A DNA stretch of 64,000 nt. Source: Torpedo marmorata. Lineage: Eukaryota. Position 1 is the stretch's first letter. The number at the start of each line of letters is the position of its first letter. Both the position numbers and the translations under genes were made by a program. The stretch lies in the NCBI GenBank assembly GCA_977017645.1, contig OZ360224.1:181412001-181476000 (forward strand). Direction: 5' to 3'. The notes beneath the pieces are model-generated. The model saw only the letters and a list, made by a program, of their open reading frames with translations. It was not told where the DNA came from and did not search any database. Shown here piece after piece: positions 12,273-25,211 of the stretch.

Positions 12273-13489
12273 AAAAAAAGGCAGATAGGTGGAGCTGAGT
12301 CCACGGCCAGATCATTGACGAAGCAGGTTCGACGGGCCAGATGGCCGACTCCTGCTCCTATTTCTTCTGTTCTTATGTCTGTTCTATTCACCCGAAAGAG
12401 AAGGTGGTTACACATTAAAATCTAAATGCATTATTTCTGACACCATCAGAACACAAGAACACAGGGACGAAGGAGCTGTGAAGGGTTGACCACTCAACCC
12501 TTCACAGCTGCCCACCATTCCACATGATCGTGGCTGATCTACCCCCACACCCACCCTCCCGCCCGCCCCTCAACTCTTCCTCTGGGCCACATGAATCTGT
12601 CAGAAAATCATCCACCTCCACTTTAAGTACTGTGATTGAGCTGGGCTCGACAACTCTCGGGGGTAGAGATTCTAGAAATTCGCAACGTTCTGCGAGAGCA
12701 AATTTCTATGTCCCTTGGTTTTAAGTGAAACTATGTCTCCTTGTTCAAGACTCTGCCACTGGTGGAAGCATCTCCGGATTGCACTGCCGTGTATGGACGG
12801 CTCTCTGACTGGAGCAGGAAGACTAACTACCCAGAGCATGGAGATATACAGCTTTCTATAAGACCATGAGACCATAAGACTTAGGAGCGGAATGAGGCCA
12901 TGGAGTCCGCCCTACCATTCCATCATGGCTGATTTACTATCCCTTTTGATTTCCCCTGTGGAGGTTGTGGTCATGCAATATTACTTCAAGATCTTGCTGT
13001 TTTCATTCCACCTTTGACCGTACTTGCAAACCCAGCCTCAGGTCCCACCTGCCTCACCTCACGCAATCCCACTGAGCAGCTCGCAGAGCACCAGTCTCCT
13101 GCATTACTTTGGTGCTAAAGCACATAGTACATATAACGTGGAACATAGCACCTTACATGTATCTCGGAGACAGTAATGGAGGACAATTGAACAGGGGATA
13201 CACAAGAGATTTTGATTTTTGAGGGGAGATGACTCGATTGAGCCCAGTAGAGGGGAAGCCGTGACCCCTGAGAAAAGAGGGTGCTTCAGAAAAAGTGTGT
13301 CCCTTCCACCCTGGGACACACTGACATGGGAAGACGGGTTGGCAGAGAAAGCATTTGGCCCTCTTGCATTAACGTTCAGGGCAATGACTACAAGAGTTGG
13401 GACATCATGTTTTAGCTGTACCAGACCTTGGTAAGGCCACTCCTGGAATACCTTGTGCAGTTTTGGCATCTTGCTACAAGAAGGATGCC

Positions 13490-13965
13490 TTTGCCCTCTG
13501 CTACCCCCACCTCCTCCCCTTTGTCACCAATCCATTCTCATCCTCCTCCCTCTGGTTCCATCCTCTTCCACCCCCATTGGATTCTTCCCCCTCCCTTTTG
13601 GCTCCATCTGCTGGATCATAATTGTCAGTTTCTCTTCAGTTCTGGCAGCCTTTATCTCCACTTGTCACTCACCCCACTCTGTGTGACTCATCTTGCCCCA
13701 CCTGACCCCTTTGTTTCTCTTGCCTCTCTCTCCCTTTGGCTGCCACCTGCCAATCAACTGGCTCTGTCCATTATCTTTCACCCCTCCCTGGTTCACCAGT
13801 GCCCCACTAGCCCCTGTCCAATCCCTCCCACCCTGTCCTCATTACACCGGCTATCTCCCCTCTGCTCCCTCAGTCCTGTTGAAGGGTTCCGCCCCGAGAG
13901 GTCGACCATTCTTTTTCTCCCGCTGATGCTAAGTTCCTCCAGATTTTGTGTTGCTGGTGATGTGA
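13490..13965 (+). mobile_element. Penelope-like 3' pyrimidine-rich region and degenerate terminal repeat
   Basis: cagtcctgttgaagggttccgccccgagaggtcgacc…gctaagttcctccagattttgtgttgc. Lies ~65 bp past the EYS exon donor at 14029. Confidence 0.65.
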
Positions 13966-14028
13966 AATAAACATGCGTCTTTCAGCAGGTGATCGGTGAC
14001 AGTTTTAGTGTGTGCCGAGCAGACTTAC

Positions 14029-14201
14029 CTTTGTTGCAATGAATCCCTGTGGTGCCCAAAGGACAACGGCAGGTGTAACCCTCAGGCAACGCAATGCAGA
14101 GAGCTCCGGGGGCACACTGGTGTGCAGGCTCGTGCTCAGGATCACACACATTGACAGTCTCTGTGCAAAACACTCCCTTCCACCCTGGGACACACTGGCA
14201 G
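14029..14201 (-). CDS. EYS: EYS coding exon (EGF-like domains; 173 nt)
   Basis: Acceptor aatgcag|C and donor AAG|gtaagt. Translates (Y)CQCVPGWKGVFCTETVNVCDPEHEPAHQCAPGALCIALPEGYTCRCPLGTTGIHCNK(A), with EGF cysteine spacing. Confidence 0.96.
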
Positions 14202-14278
14202 CTGCATTTCGAAAAACAAACGCCTCAGCTTCAGAATGAGCAAACATAATATGACGCGATTGTTAAGCATCAGACATA

Positions 14279-16972
14279 CAGTGTAGCCCCGTTATAACGC
14301 GATCGTTGGGGTCCATAAAATCTCATCGCGAAAAAAGCGGGGTCGCGCTAAATCGGGGTTTCAATAAATCGTTGTTCTTACAGTTGAAATGAAACCACGC
14401 TGGGTTGAGACACTTCTGCGTCATAGTGTTTCGAATCTCTCTGCAATGTGGGGACACACTTACCTGACCCAATGATCCAATACTTGTGTTTGAAGTATCG
14501 GAGCGTCTGAGTATAAACCCGTGTGCGTCTGTATTTGGAACTGCCGTGTCTTTCCCGACGTCCCCGCTCCTGCTGGGAGCCCGACGCCCCCGCTCCTGCC
14601 GGGAGCCCGATGTCCCCATATAACCATATAACAATTACAGCACAGAAACAGGCCAGTTCGGCCCTTCGAGTCCATGCCAAACACCTTCTCCCACCTAGTC
14701 CCACTGACCCGCACCCGGCCCATGACCCTCCACACCTCTCTCGTCCATATACCTATCCAACTTTTCCTTAAACATTAAAATTGAACCTGCATCTACCACT
14801 TCGGCTGGAAGCTCATTCCACACTCCCACCACCCTCTGAGTGAATAAATTCCCCCTCATGTTTCCTCTAAACTTTTCCCCCTTCAATCACAATCCATGTC
14901 CTCTTGTTTGAATCTTCCCCTCTCTCAATGGAAAAAGCCTGTCCACATTGACTCTATCTGTCCCCTTCATAATTTTAAATACCTCTATCAAATCACCTCT
15001 CAATCTTCTACGCTCCAGCGAATAAAGTCCCAGCCTGCTCAACCTTTCCCTGTAACTCAAACCCAGAAACCCAGGCAACATTCTTGTAAATCTCCTCTGC
15101 ACCCTCTCTATTCTGTTTATATCCTTCCTATAATTCGGCGACCAAAACTGCACACAATATTCCAAATTTGGCCTCACCAATGCCTTATACAACTTCAACA
15201 AGACATCCCAACTCCTGTATTCAATACTCTGATTTATGAAGGTCAACATACCAAATGCTTTCTTCACCACCCTATCTACGTGTGACTCAACTTTCAGGGA
15301 ATTATGTACCAGAATTCCTAAATCCCTTTGTTCTACTGCACTCCTCAATTGTCTTCCATTTAACATGTATGACCTTTGCTGATTAGTCCTACCAAAATGT
15401 AGCACCTCACATTTATCAGTATTAAACTCCATCTGCCATGTTTCAGCCCACTCTTTTAACTGTCCTATATCCCCCTGCAAGCTTTGATTACCTTCTTCAC
15501 TGTCCACAACACCACCAATCTTCGTATCATCTGCATACTTACCACCCTATCATCTAGATCATTAATATATATGACAAACAACAATGGACCCAGTACCGAT
15601 CCCTGAGGCACTCCACTAGTCACCGGCCTCCAATTTGACAAACAATTTTCCACCACTACTCTCTGGCATCTCCTATCCAACCATTGTTGAATCCATTTCA
15701 CTACTTCAACGTTAAAACCTAATGTTTGAACCTTCCTAATTAGCCTCTTATGTGGAACCTTGTCAAATGCCTTACTAAAGTCCATATAGACAACATCCAC
15801 AGCCTTCCCCTCGTCAACCTTCTTAGTAACCTCCTCGAAAAACTCTATAAGATTTGTTAAATATGATCTACCACGTACAAAACCGTGTTGACTACTCCTA
15901 ATCAATGCTTGTCTTTCCAAATAACCGTATACACCATCTCTAAGAACACTCTCCATTAATTTACCCACCACCGATGTCAGACTCACAGGCCTATAATTTC
16001 CAAGTTTACAGTTGGAGACTTTTTTAAACAGCGGGACAACATGAGCTACCCTCCAATCCTCCAACACCTCCCCAGTGGCCAGTGACATTTTAAATATTTT
16101 GTCTGAGCCCCCACTATTTTTACACTAACCTCCCTCAGGGTCCTCGGGAATATCCTGTCAGGACCTGGAGATTTATCCACCTTTATTCTCTTTATATTAT
16201 CCATGACTTCACTACCAGATTTCCTTACTTCACCTGGCTCAATATTCCTTTCCTTTGTGAATACTGAAGAAATAAAATCATTTAAAATTTCCCCCATCTC
16301 TTCTGACTTCTCACATAGCCTCCCCGTCTGATCCTCAATGGGCCCAATTTTATCCCTCACTATTCTTTTACTTTTAACGTACCTGTAGAAACCCTTTGGA
16401 TTTATTTTTACCTTGCCTGCCAAAGCAGCCTCATATCTCCTTTTAGCCTTTCTAATTTCTTTCTTAAGATTTTTTTTACACTCCTTATATTCCTCAAAGA
16501 CCTCATCTATTCCCTGTTGTCTATACCTGTTGTACAAATCCCTCTTCCTCCGAACCAAATTCCCAATATCCTTTGAAAACCAAGGCTCCCTATATTTTCT
16601 AACTCTTCCTTTAATCCTCACAGGGACGAACCGACTCTGTACTCTCAAAATTTCCCCTTTGAATATCCTCCATTTATCTGTTACATCCTTCCCTGAAAAT
16701 AAATGATCCCAATCCACACCCTCTAAATCCTTTCTCATCTCCTCGAAATTTGCCTTATTCCAATCAAGAATCTCAACCTTAGGCCCAGCCCTATCCTTCT
16801 CCATTATCAACCTAAAACTAATAGTATTATGATCACTCCCCACTCATGCCGGGAGCCCGATGCCCCTGTTCCTGCTGGGAGCCCGATGTCCCCGCTCCAG
16901 CTGGAAGCCCGACGCCCGAGTCAAATGACAAATTCTGGTTAAGTCAGGGCGCGTAAAATCGGGGTTTCACTG
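14279..16972. mobile_element. Tc1/mariner (Tigger-like) MITE carrying a CR1 insertion
   Basis: TA at 14277-14278 and 16973-16974. TIRs CAGTGTAGCCCCGTTATAACGCG / CGCGTAAAATCGGGGTTTCACTG. An internal GC-rich ~26-bp repeat (cctgccgggagcccgacgcccccgct) lies on both sides of the CR1. Confidence 0.85.
14616..16838 (-). mobile_element. 5'-truncated CR1 LINE (RT, few frameshifts or small deletions)
   Basis: ORFs 16046-16843, 15465-16088, 14887-15507 and 14695-14886 carry CR1 ORF2 motifs. The (GTTATATG)n tail is the same as in the 55.1-58.6 kb copy. Confidence 0.95.
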
Positions 16973-17004
16973 TATTTAGAGATATGGAGGCATCCAGCAC
17001 AGAA

Positions 17005-18280
17005 ACAGGACATGTCTGTCCATGGTCTCATGCACTGCCAGACTGAGACCACCCACAAATTGGAGGAACAGTACCTCATCTTCTGTCTGGGCATTAACAT
17101 CGACTTCTCTGGTTTTCATTAAAACTCCCCCCTTCCCTTCTTCTTCCCCCTGTCGTCTTTCCCCTAGCTCTCTCTCTCTCCCTCTCTCTCTCTCTTTCTT
17201 CCCTTTTCCCTCTGTCTCCTTTCACAGAGCCAAAAATCAATGCTCACCTTTCCTCTTATCATATCCAATTAAGACCTTTTGGCTATTGATCTGTTCTCCA
17301 ACCCCTGCCATTCTTCAGTCTTTATTCAGATACCTTCCTGTTTTTTGCTTATACGTTGAAGAAGGGCTCAGATATTTACTTCCTATGGATGCTGTGAGAT
17401 CGGCTGAGTTCCTCCAGCATTTCAGTGTGTTTTTCCTACAGCCCATGTTTCCATTCTGTCCATCATGTACCTATCTCTACTAGTCCTATAGACCAGCACT
17501 TGGTCAGGGGCATTCTACGCACTGGCGATTAAAGGGCTCGTGGATGCTTTTTTAAATGTTGTGGGAGTCCCTGCCTCCACCAGCTACTCACACAGTACGT
17601 TCCAGAATCCAACCATCCTCACGGCAGAAGGAGTCTTCCTCAGATCTCCTCTGGAGCAGTGGACTGGTACAGGGACAACCCCCCCCCCCACCCCTTCCTT
17701 ACCCCACTGAGAAGGAAAGCCTGGGAGAGGACCCGACAGGGTAGGAGTCCTCAGCAGCGGGCCAGCAAGGGGCTCGGTGGACGAAGGGCTCACACCAGTC
17801 CGTGCGCTGCTGGGGCCAGCTCGCGGGAGCCACCTCCTCCTCTGAGTAACACCTAATATTCCATCTGGGCACTCTCCAACCAGATGGCATTAACATTGAC
17901 TTCTCCGTTTTCCGTTAGGCCCCTCCCCTGTCTCTCTCTCTCTTCCCCATCCCTCTGTCTCCTTTCCTCCAGCTCTCCACTCCCTTCCATCTCCATTCAG
18001 AGAGCTGTCCCATGCTCACCCTGTCACCTCAGCATTTTTCTCTTCTGCCCACCCACCCAGATCCAACTCTGACCTCTGTGAGCCTGCGTTCCTCCCCCTG
18101 TCCCTCCTCCCACTTTTTTATTGCCTGCTTTTTGCTCATACCTTGGTGAAGGGCTCAGGCCCAAATGTTGGTTATGTACCTTTATCTTTGCTACATAAAG
18201 AACACTGCGTGACTTTTTGAGTTTCACCAGTGTTTTTGTACAAACTACAATTGCAGTGTCTGCAGACTTTCTTGTTTAAA
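17005..18280 (+). mobile_element. Two Penelope-like 3' ends (17005-17440, 17845-18280) with terminal repeats
   Basis: catggtctcatgcactgccagactgagaccacc…ctgggcattaacatcgac and ccatctgggcactctccaaccagatggc. Tails gttgaagaagggctcag and ccttggtgaagggctcaggcccaaatg. Confidence 0.75.
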
Positions 18281-18790
18281 TCCTCCTCTGCAGCTGCCTC
18301 TTGCTCTCCGTAACTCTGTAGCCACACGGCCTCCTGTCTGGTCCAGCGATGAACCTTGAGAGCTCCATGTCCAAGTCCCCCTCCACGACTCCTGGTTCCA
18401 AAACCCCTGATATGATTCGGAAGCTGTCAGCGCCTAAGGCCCTTTGCGAGCCCTGCTTGCCATTGCCACCCTCACGGATTCCGGTCCCAATAACTGGTTC
18501 CCAGAAGCCGATCACCAGTATGCCGTGGCCTGGTGTGAGTCCTTCATCCGCCGAGCCCTGCACTGGTCCTCTGCTGCGGTCCCCTACCTGTAGGGTCCTC
18601 TCCCAGGCTCCTCCTTCTCAGTGGGGTGGGGGAAGGAGGGGTTAGGGAATGTTCTCCCACTCTGATGCCCTGCGCTGGTCCACTGCTCTCTCGGAGCCCA
18701 CAACCTAAAAGTCTGGGATGCCGAGCATGGGTGGCGCCATCTTGGGGTGGACCTCCGTGGACAGATGAGGTGCTGCTCCTTGAGTTTATT

Positions 18791-19587
18791 CAAGATACGA
18801 TTATTTTATTGTCACGAAATAAAACGGAAAATGAAATATTACACGAAAAAAATTTCCTTTAGTCTGCTGTAAGTCAGACAAAGAGTCACCATTAGTATTG
18901 CCCGGCGCCCTTTACAGTAAGAGAAAGAGAATCAAAAGAGAGTCCTTCCAGAGTCATTGAGTGTCTGTGAATTCACCTCCAGTGCTCCCACGGCAACCCG
19001 AGCTTCAGATCCAAACCTTTTATACGGTCAGGATGACTTCAGGGCCTGAGGCCCTTTGGGATCCCATCTTGCCCTCAGCACTCTCTTGAATCCCGGTTCC
19101 GATACCTGGTTCCCATGAGCCAGTCTCCAGCAACCGGCAGCCCGTGTGGATCCATCGACCGCAAGTCGTCAGCAGCCCGCAGCCTGTGAGGGTCCATCGA
19201 CCGTGTCACCGCAGACTGTGTGGGTCCTTTGGCCGCTGAGCACCTCGCTAGTCCGCTGTTGTGGTCACCGACCTGTAGGGTCGTCTCCTATGCTTCTCCT
19301 CAATGGGGTTGTGGGGGGGTGTTCTCCCCGTTTCTGGTGCCCTGCACTGGTCCACTGCTCCCCTGGAGTCTGCAACCCCTCGAGGCCGCTGCCAGCACAG
19401 GCGCCACCATCTTGGGCACAGACCCTGTGTTTGCATGATTTTATGTAAGAACACCGTCGGCTCCTTTAACAGGCCATTTGAAGCCTGTATGGAGCTCCGG
19501 CATTAGGACTGGGTGTCGAACCCTGGGGAGGAGTGCTGTGTCTCCACTACCCGCTCACCCCTGGTGCGCACCAGCGGCAGTGCCACT
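18791..19587 (-). mobile_element. ~800-bp non-coding retroelement family copy (further fragments at 17604-17845 and 18285-18775)
   Basis: Reverse complement aligns end to end with 59111-59892 and with 38977-39677. Tail gtgacaataaaataatcgtatcttg. Confidence 0.75.
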
Positions 19588-19699
19588 TGTTTTTTTGAGT
19601 ATTGTTGGAACAATCTGGAAAGCAAAGAGGTAATTCCTCATTTTTTGTTCACCCTGCAAATGTAGCTGGACATTTCTGCTTCAATTTGACTCGTTTTTC

Positions 19700-20030
19700 T
19701 TTTTTGGGGTCCGCTGGAGCTGCTATCTCATGGTGCCAGCAACCAGGGTTCAAACCCAAACTCCGCGCACTGTCTGTGTGGAGTTTGCACGTTCTCCCTG
19801 TAATCACACGCTGTTTCTGCTAAGCATTGTGGTTTCTTTCCACATCCCAAGGACATGTGGGTTGTGGGGTTAAATGTCAATTGCCACTGGTGCAGAGGTG
19901 AGTGGTAGAATCTGGGGAGAGCTGAGGGGGGAACATGGGGAAAAGTGGGATGGGGGCGTGATGATTGGGTGTGGACTAAGGGGTCGAAGGTCGATTGTAG
20001 GCCCTCACTCTGCCTTGATGACTTGGATCT
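19700..20030 (+). mobile_element. Older V-SINE copy
   Basis: gggttcaaaccc B-box-like motif followed by gtgtggagtttgcacgttctccctg V-domain. Confidence 0.7.
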
Positions 20031-20342
20031 CCGCCCTTTCATGCCCCCCCCGCCCTCTGTTCTTTCTATCTCCCCCTCTCTGCAATTTAAAATATGTGCA
20101 TCCTCGTTTGCAGAGTTCTGATGAAGATCTCTTCAGCTTTGCTGCTCTCCATTGCAGGTTCTGTCTTTGTTAAAAGGTGGCTGAAAATGAAGGAGGTCTG
20201 AACCAGCACAATCTCGTGCACTGACTACGCGAGATCGTGGGTGCAACTTCTCAGGAACCGGCAGAGCTCTCCCCTTTCACAGGCAAGCAGTGGAAGGGTA
20301 GTTCATATTTCAAACAATTCTCGGGTACAATGCAATACTTAC

Positions 20343-20517
20343 TAGATGGTGGAAGCTTTGTCCACACATGTACCCCCATTCCTACACTTCATCTGACCAC
20401 ACGACGAAACTCTGCACTGGCCCACATTCCGGCCTACGTTAGGATGTCCCACTGGGATGCCAGGCATTCCAAACCTTCTGTCCTTGTTCGTCCGAACCAG
20501 CAACTCATAAATACAAC
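20343..20517 (-). CDS. EYS: EYS coding exon (end of LamG, start of EGF-like domain; 175 nt); coding frame missed by the ORF track
   Basis: Acceptor ttgcag|GT and donor CTA|gtaagt. Hand translation gives (G)CIYELLVRTNKDRRFGMPGIPVGHPNVGRNVGQCRVSSCGQMKCRNGGTCVDKASTI(Y). Phase 1 in, phase 2 out, which joins the flanking exons exactly. Confidence 0.95.
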
Positions 20518-21439
20518 CTGCAACAAACAGTGCAAAATAAAAGAGTCTCGTTCTGACAATTGTTTAACGGTTAAAGAAAGCACACTTGCATTGGTTATGT
20601 TTTGCAATAAAATTATATGTTCAAATTCCCCAAAAATTTGATTTAGAATTGAGAATCTCAAAGCTGGTTTTACCTTAAGGATTATATTATAAGGACAACT
20701 TACAGAAAGTAGGTTTGAGGACCAAACATTCGCAGAGATCTGAGCATATTTTCTCTTGTGGAGGGAGAACAAACAAGAGGAATACTTCCCAGAATTAACC
20801 AATTCAGCACACAGTTCTACACACAGAGGACTATGGAAGATCCCATCCAGAGAGAAGCACTAAAATCCACACTCCAGCCAGTCCTGCATGGACAGAGGGG
20901 CCACCTCTCAAATTAGATCTTAAATTGAGGTTAAAGGTCTTAGGTCCATGGGAATATTTTCAAGACAAACCACCCCGCAAAAACCTTACATCAGAACTGG
21001 CCAACCACTGACGCAGATGGCAAAGACTTTTCGATAAGCTCCCTTCCTGTCAAGAGTTCTGAATAGTCATCTACTGCAACATAACCTCAGCTTCTGTCCT
21101 TCTCTGATGTCACATGATATATTGAGTTTTACCAGCACTTTCTTTTATTTATTTCAGATTTCTGCCAACTTCTGTGTTTTGTACCTTACAGTTCCAGCAT
21201 TGCTTTTCTTTTCTCTCGACTGGTCTCAGCAATTCCACCCAGCCCACCCCCACCCCCACCCCCACGACACTCCTTCAGAGAGTTGAGGTTAACAAGCATT
21301 TATCGCTCTCTTGTAGGTGGCACCAACAGCATTCCTGTTGCCAAGTGGCATTTGACACGTAAAAAGCTGATGCACAGTTGAGGGATCATGGTACTGGAGG
21401 AAGTAAGTTGCCAAAGCCATACGACAGCTTCACCTCCTT

Positions 21440-23475
21440 TTACTTACCGCTTCAACAGGTCCCCACCAAAGAACATCAAGCCAACGTCTCACGTACCATC
21501 TCTAAACTCATCACTTCTGGTCATCTCCTTCCCACGGCCTCCAACCTCATTGTTTATCAACCCACACTGTCCGGTTCTACCTCCTACCCAAGATACACAA
21601 ACCCAATTGTCCTGGTAGATCCATTGTTTCCGCTTACTTCTGCCCCACCGAACTGATATCATCTTACCTGGCCTCCATTTTTTCCCCCTGGTCTAGTCCC
21701 TTCCTACCTACATCCATGATACCTAATGTGCCCTCCACCATTTCAACAACTTCCAATTCTCTGAACTCAACTGCCTCATTTTCACTATGGATGTCTAATC
21801 TCTCTACACTTCCATCCCCCATACTGAAGGTCTCAAAGCCCTTCGTTTCTTTTTGAACAACAGACCCAACCAGTCCCCCTCCACCACCACTTTCCTCTGC
21901 CCGGCAGTTCTCACCCTCAATAAATTCTCCTTTGACTCATCCCACTTTCTCCAAGTCAAAGGGGTAGCCATGGGTACCTCCATGGGTCCCAGCCATGCTT
22001 GCCTTTTGTTGGCAATGTGGAGCAATCCATACTACAAGCCTACATAGGCAAGGCTTTTCAACTCTTTCGCTGCTACATTGACAACTACATTGGCGCTGCC
22101 TCGTGCACCCACAATGAGCTCATCATCTTTATCCACTTTGCTGCTAACTTTCACCCCGACCTCAAATTCACTTGTTCCATCTTGAGCGACACTCTCCCCT
22201 TTCTCGATCTCTGTCTCCATCTCGGGAGACAACCTCTCGACTGACATCTTCTACAAACCCACCAACTCCCATAGCTACCTCAACTACACCCTTTCACATC
22301 CTGTCCTCTGTAAGGATTCTATTCCTTTCTCTCAATTCCTCCTTCTCCGTCGCATCTGCTCCCAGGATGAGGTCTTCCATTCCAGATCATCCGAGATATC
22401 CTCCTTTTTCAAGAAAAGTTGGCTTCCCCTCTACTGCCATCAACTCAGCTGTTAGTCCTTATGTATCTTCTCCATTTCCTGCACACCTGCCCAGAAATTC
22501 CTCTGCCCCTAGACGCAATAAGGACAGTATTACCCCTGTCCTCATCTATCATCGCACCAGCCTCCGCATCCAACATATTATCCTCCACAATTTCCGTCAC
22601 CTACAACACGATCCCACCACCAGACACATTTTCCCCTCTTCTCCTGTCTCCGCTTTCTGCAGGGAGCTCTCCCTCCGTGACTCCCTCGTCCACCCATCCC
22701 TTCCCACTAATCGTCCCCTTGGTACCTACCCCTGCGATCGCAGAAGTGCTACACTTACACCCTCACCTCCACCCTCACCACCATTCAGGGCCCCATATAA
22801 TCCTTCCAAGTGAAGCAACACTTCACTTGTGAATCTGCGGGAGTCATCCTACTGCATCCAGTGCTCCCGTTGTGGCCTCCTCTACATCGGAGAGACTGGA
22901 CGTAGACTGGGAGATTGATTCATTGAGACTTTCGCTCAGCCCGCAGCAATAGTGGGGATCTCCCAGTGGCCATCCATTTCAATCCCGCGGCCCATCCCAT
23001 GCCGACATGTCTGCCATGATCTCATGCACTGCCAAACAGAGGCCACCTCTCAATTCCATCTGGGCACTTCCCAACCAGATGGCACTAATATCGACTTTCC
23101 CAGTTTCCGTTCTGTCTCCCTCTTTTCCCCATCCTTCTGTCTCCTTTCCTCTAACTCTCCACACCCTTCCCTCTCCATTCAGGGAGTTATCCCCTCCCTC
23201 ATCACCTCAGCTTTTTTCTCTTATGCCCTTCCACCCATATCAACCTATAACCTCTTGTCTGTGGGCTTGTGCTCCTCCCCCTGCCCCTCCCCCCACCATT
23301 TTATTCAGGCGCCTGCCTGCTCTTTGCTCATACCTTGATGAAGGGCTCAAGCTCAAAACATTGTTTATGTAACTTTATCTTTGCTACATAAAGAATGCTG
23401 CGTGACTTTCTGAGTTTCTCCAGCATTTTTGTGTGAACTGCAATCACAGAGTCTGAAGATTTTCTTGTTTAACTC
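21440..23475 (+). mobile_element. Penelope-like retroelement (degenerate RT, GIY-YIG endonuclease, terminal repeat)
   Basis: RT motifs FLQVKGVAMGTSMGP and FRCYIDN(D). GIY-YIG region FTCESAGVI.YCIQCSRCGLLYIGETGRRLGD at ~22820-22915. Tail ataccttgatgaagggctcaagctcaaaac at ~23330. Confidence 0.88.
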
Positions 23476-23479
23476 GCGT

Positions 23480-25200
23480 TGGATAAGTGAGTCTATTTTC
23501 AGGTTGGAAGGATGTAACTAAGGGTTTGGCTCCTGGTCCTCAATTATTTATTGTTTGTATGAATGATCTAGTGGAGAGGACATGAAAATAGACAGAAGAG
23601 AATGCAACCTGTTTGGATGTAGCAAGGAAAGATTTCGGTACATATGCACATTGTACTTATGCATATGATAACGTTCATTCTCATGATCAATTATCAAGGG
23701 GAAGTTATAACTGCAACAGGATATAAATAAATTGCGTGTGTGGGCAAATGCTTGGCAAAAGTACAAGGTCAAGTACTTCAGTGAGAAAAACCAAAAGGCC
23801 GATTGTTATCTAACTGGAGATACAACAAATGAAGGATATTCTGAGGATTCTAGGTGTTCGAGTGCATGAATCACAAAAGGTTAGCAGGCAGGTACAGAAA
23901 ATAGTTAAGAAGACAAATTGCATGTTGGCCTTTATTGCAAATAGGTCGGAGTTTTCAAATAGGGAAGCTGCGATATAATTGTACGGAGTGTAGGTGATAC
24001 CACACCTGGTGTACTCATTCAGTTTGGTCCTCTTTCTGTTACATCATAGACCAGCAGCAATAGAAATTCACCAAGACAATGGTATCTTTAAAACAATAAT
24101 TTTTATTAATAACTATTAATAATATAACATCTTACTTAAATCTAAACTTAACCCCAACTATGTGCAAATGTATATGTGTTGTGTGGATTACCCAAACCAT
24201 TACAGCTTAGGCACAATTCTGAAAAGTCAATTCAAAGTTCAGTCTTAGAAATCCTATGTTGAAACTCAGAATCTTTAAACTGATGTTCAGAAGTAATTAG
24301 GAAGTAGGTGAGACACCGAGTCATCAGACATCTCAAAACTCATGACTTCTTGTTGAGTTGTTTTCAGAGAAATGTTCCCTCATACGAATGATTGTAACAA
24401 CTCCCCTCTTCCTTGTGTAGGGGTTACGAAATTTGTGACTTCCACGATGCGATGCTTTCACGAACCCAGGCAAGGGTTAAACGAAATGACCATTAGAATG
24501 GTCACGATCCAAATACAGGACTGATCCTGTTTCCTTTACCCAGACATGGGTCAATCAAAAATGACCATTACAATGGCCACAGTATCACTGCTCTCCCTTG
24601 ACAAAGAGAAGCAGTAGAAGTGACCATCTGTCCCAGAAGTCACTCCAATTCTGTCTCTCCAGATGACTTTCTGATGAACTAAAATGCTGCTTTTTCAAGT
24701 GTCTTAATCACATGACTTGCTTCATCAATACTGGTTTTTTCAGTTTCAATTTCTTAAAAACCTGAGTCATATGGCAGATGGCCTTCTGTTTGAACAGATG
24801 TCTTCCTTAGTAAACATTCATTGTTTCAGTCTTTCAATTGAGAACAATAATGCTAGTTTTATGGCTTTGGCTTAGGTGCAAGGCTGTCTTGTTCAAAATG
24901 TTATTATGAACTCTGTGAGTGTCTTTCCCTGTTCCAACCCCCAAAGTAACTTTACTAAAATATAATACAACAGAAGCCAGCAACATTTCAAAAAAAAACA
25001 TTGGAGGCAGGCCAAAAGAGATTCACCAGGCCAAATGAGTGGGTTGCTGTATCACGATAAAATGAATTTATATTCCATCGAGTTATGAAGAATGAGATAT
25101 TATCTTATTGAAACATGTGAAAACCTAAGGGGTATGCAGGATAGATTTCAGGATATTTCAAGAGTGGGAGAGTCTCAAATGAGGGGAAATAAAGGTCCGC
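23480..25200 (+). mobile_element. Degenerate CR1 fragment split by a solo LTR
   Basis: Degenerate CR1 motifs (…ttggcctttattgcaa…cagtttggtcc | …ttggaggcag…aagagattcaccagg) continue across 24037-24985. Confidence 0.7.
24037..24985 (-). mobile_element. Solo LTR (949 bp)
   Basis: TGTT…AACA termini and 4-bp TSD TTTC (24033-24036, 24986-24989). AATAAA on the minus strand near 24102-24107 gives the orientation. Confidence 0.8.
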
Positions 25201-25211
25201 ACATTTATAAG

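Larger units (their letters stand above)
10370..12390 (+). mobile_element. CR1 3' fragment interrupted by a hAT MITE and a SINE
   Basis: RTSGHSFNIRGRRFKTEIRWNCFSQRVVKLWNSL, resuming after 11944 and after ~12280. Tail tcttatgt. Confidence 0.8.

Noticed and set aside
20434-20802. ORF-track protein overlapping the EYS exon
   Set aside because: Wrong frame. The true exon frame, fixed by splice sites and homology, is the one reported at 20343-20517.
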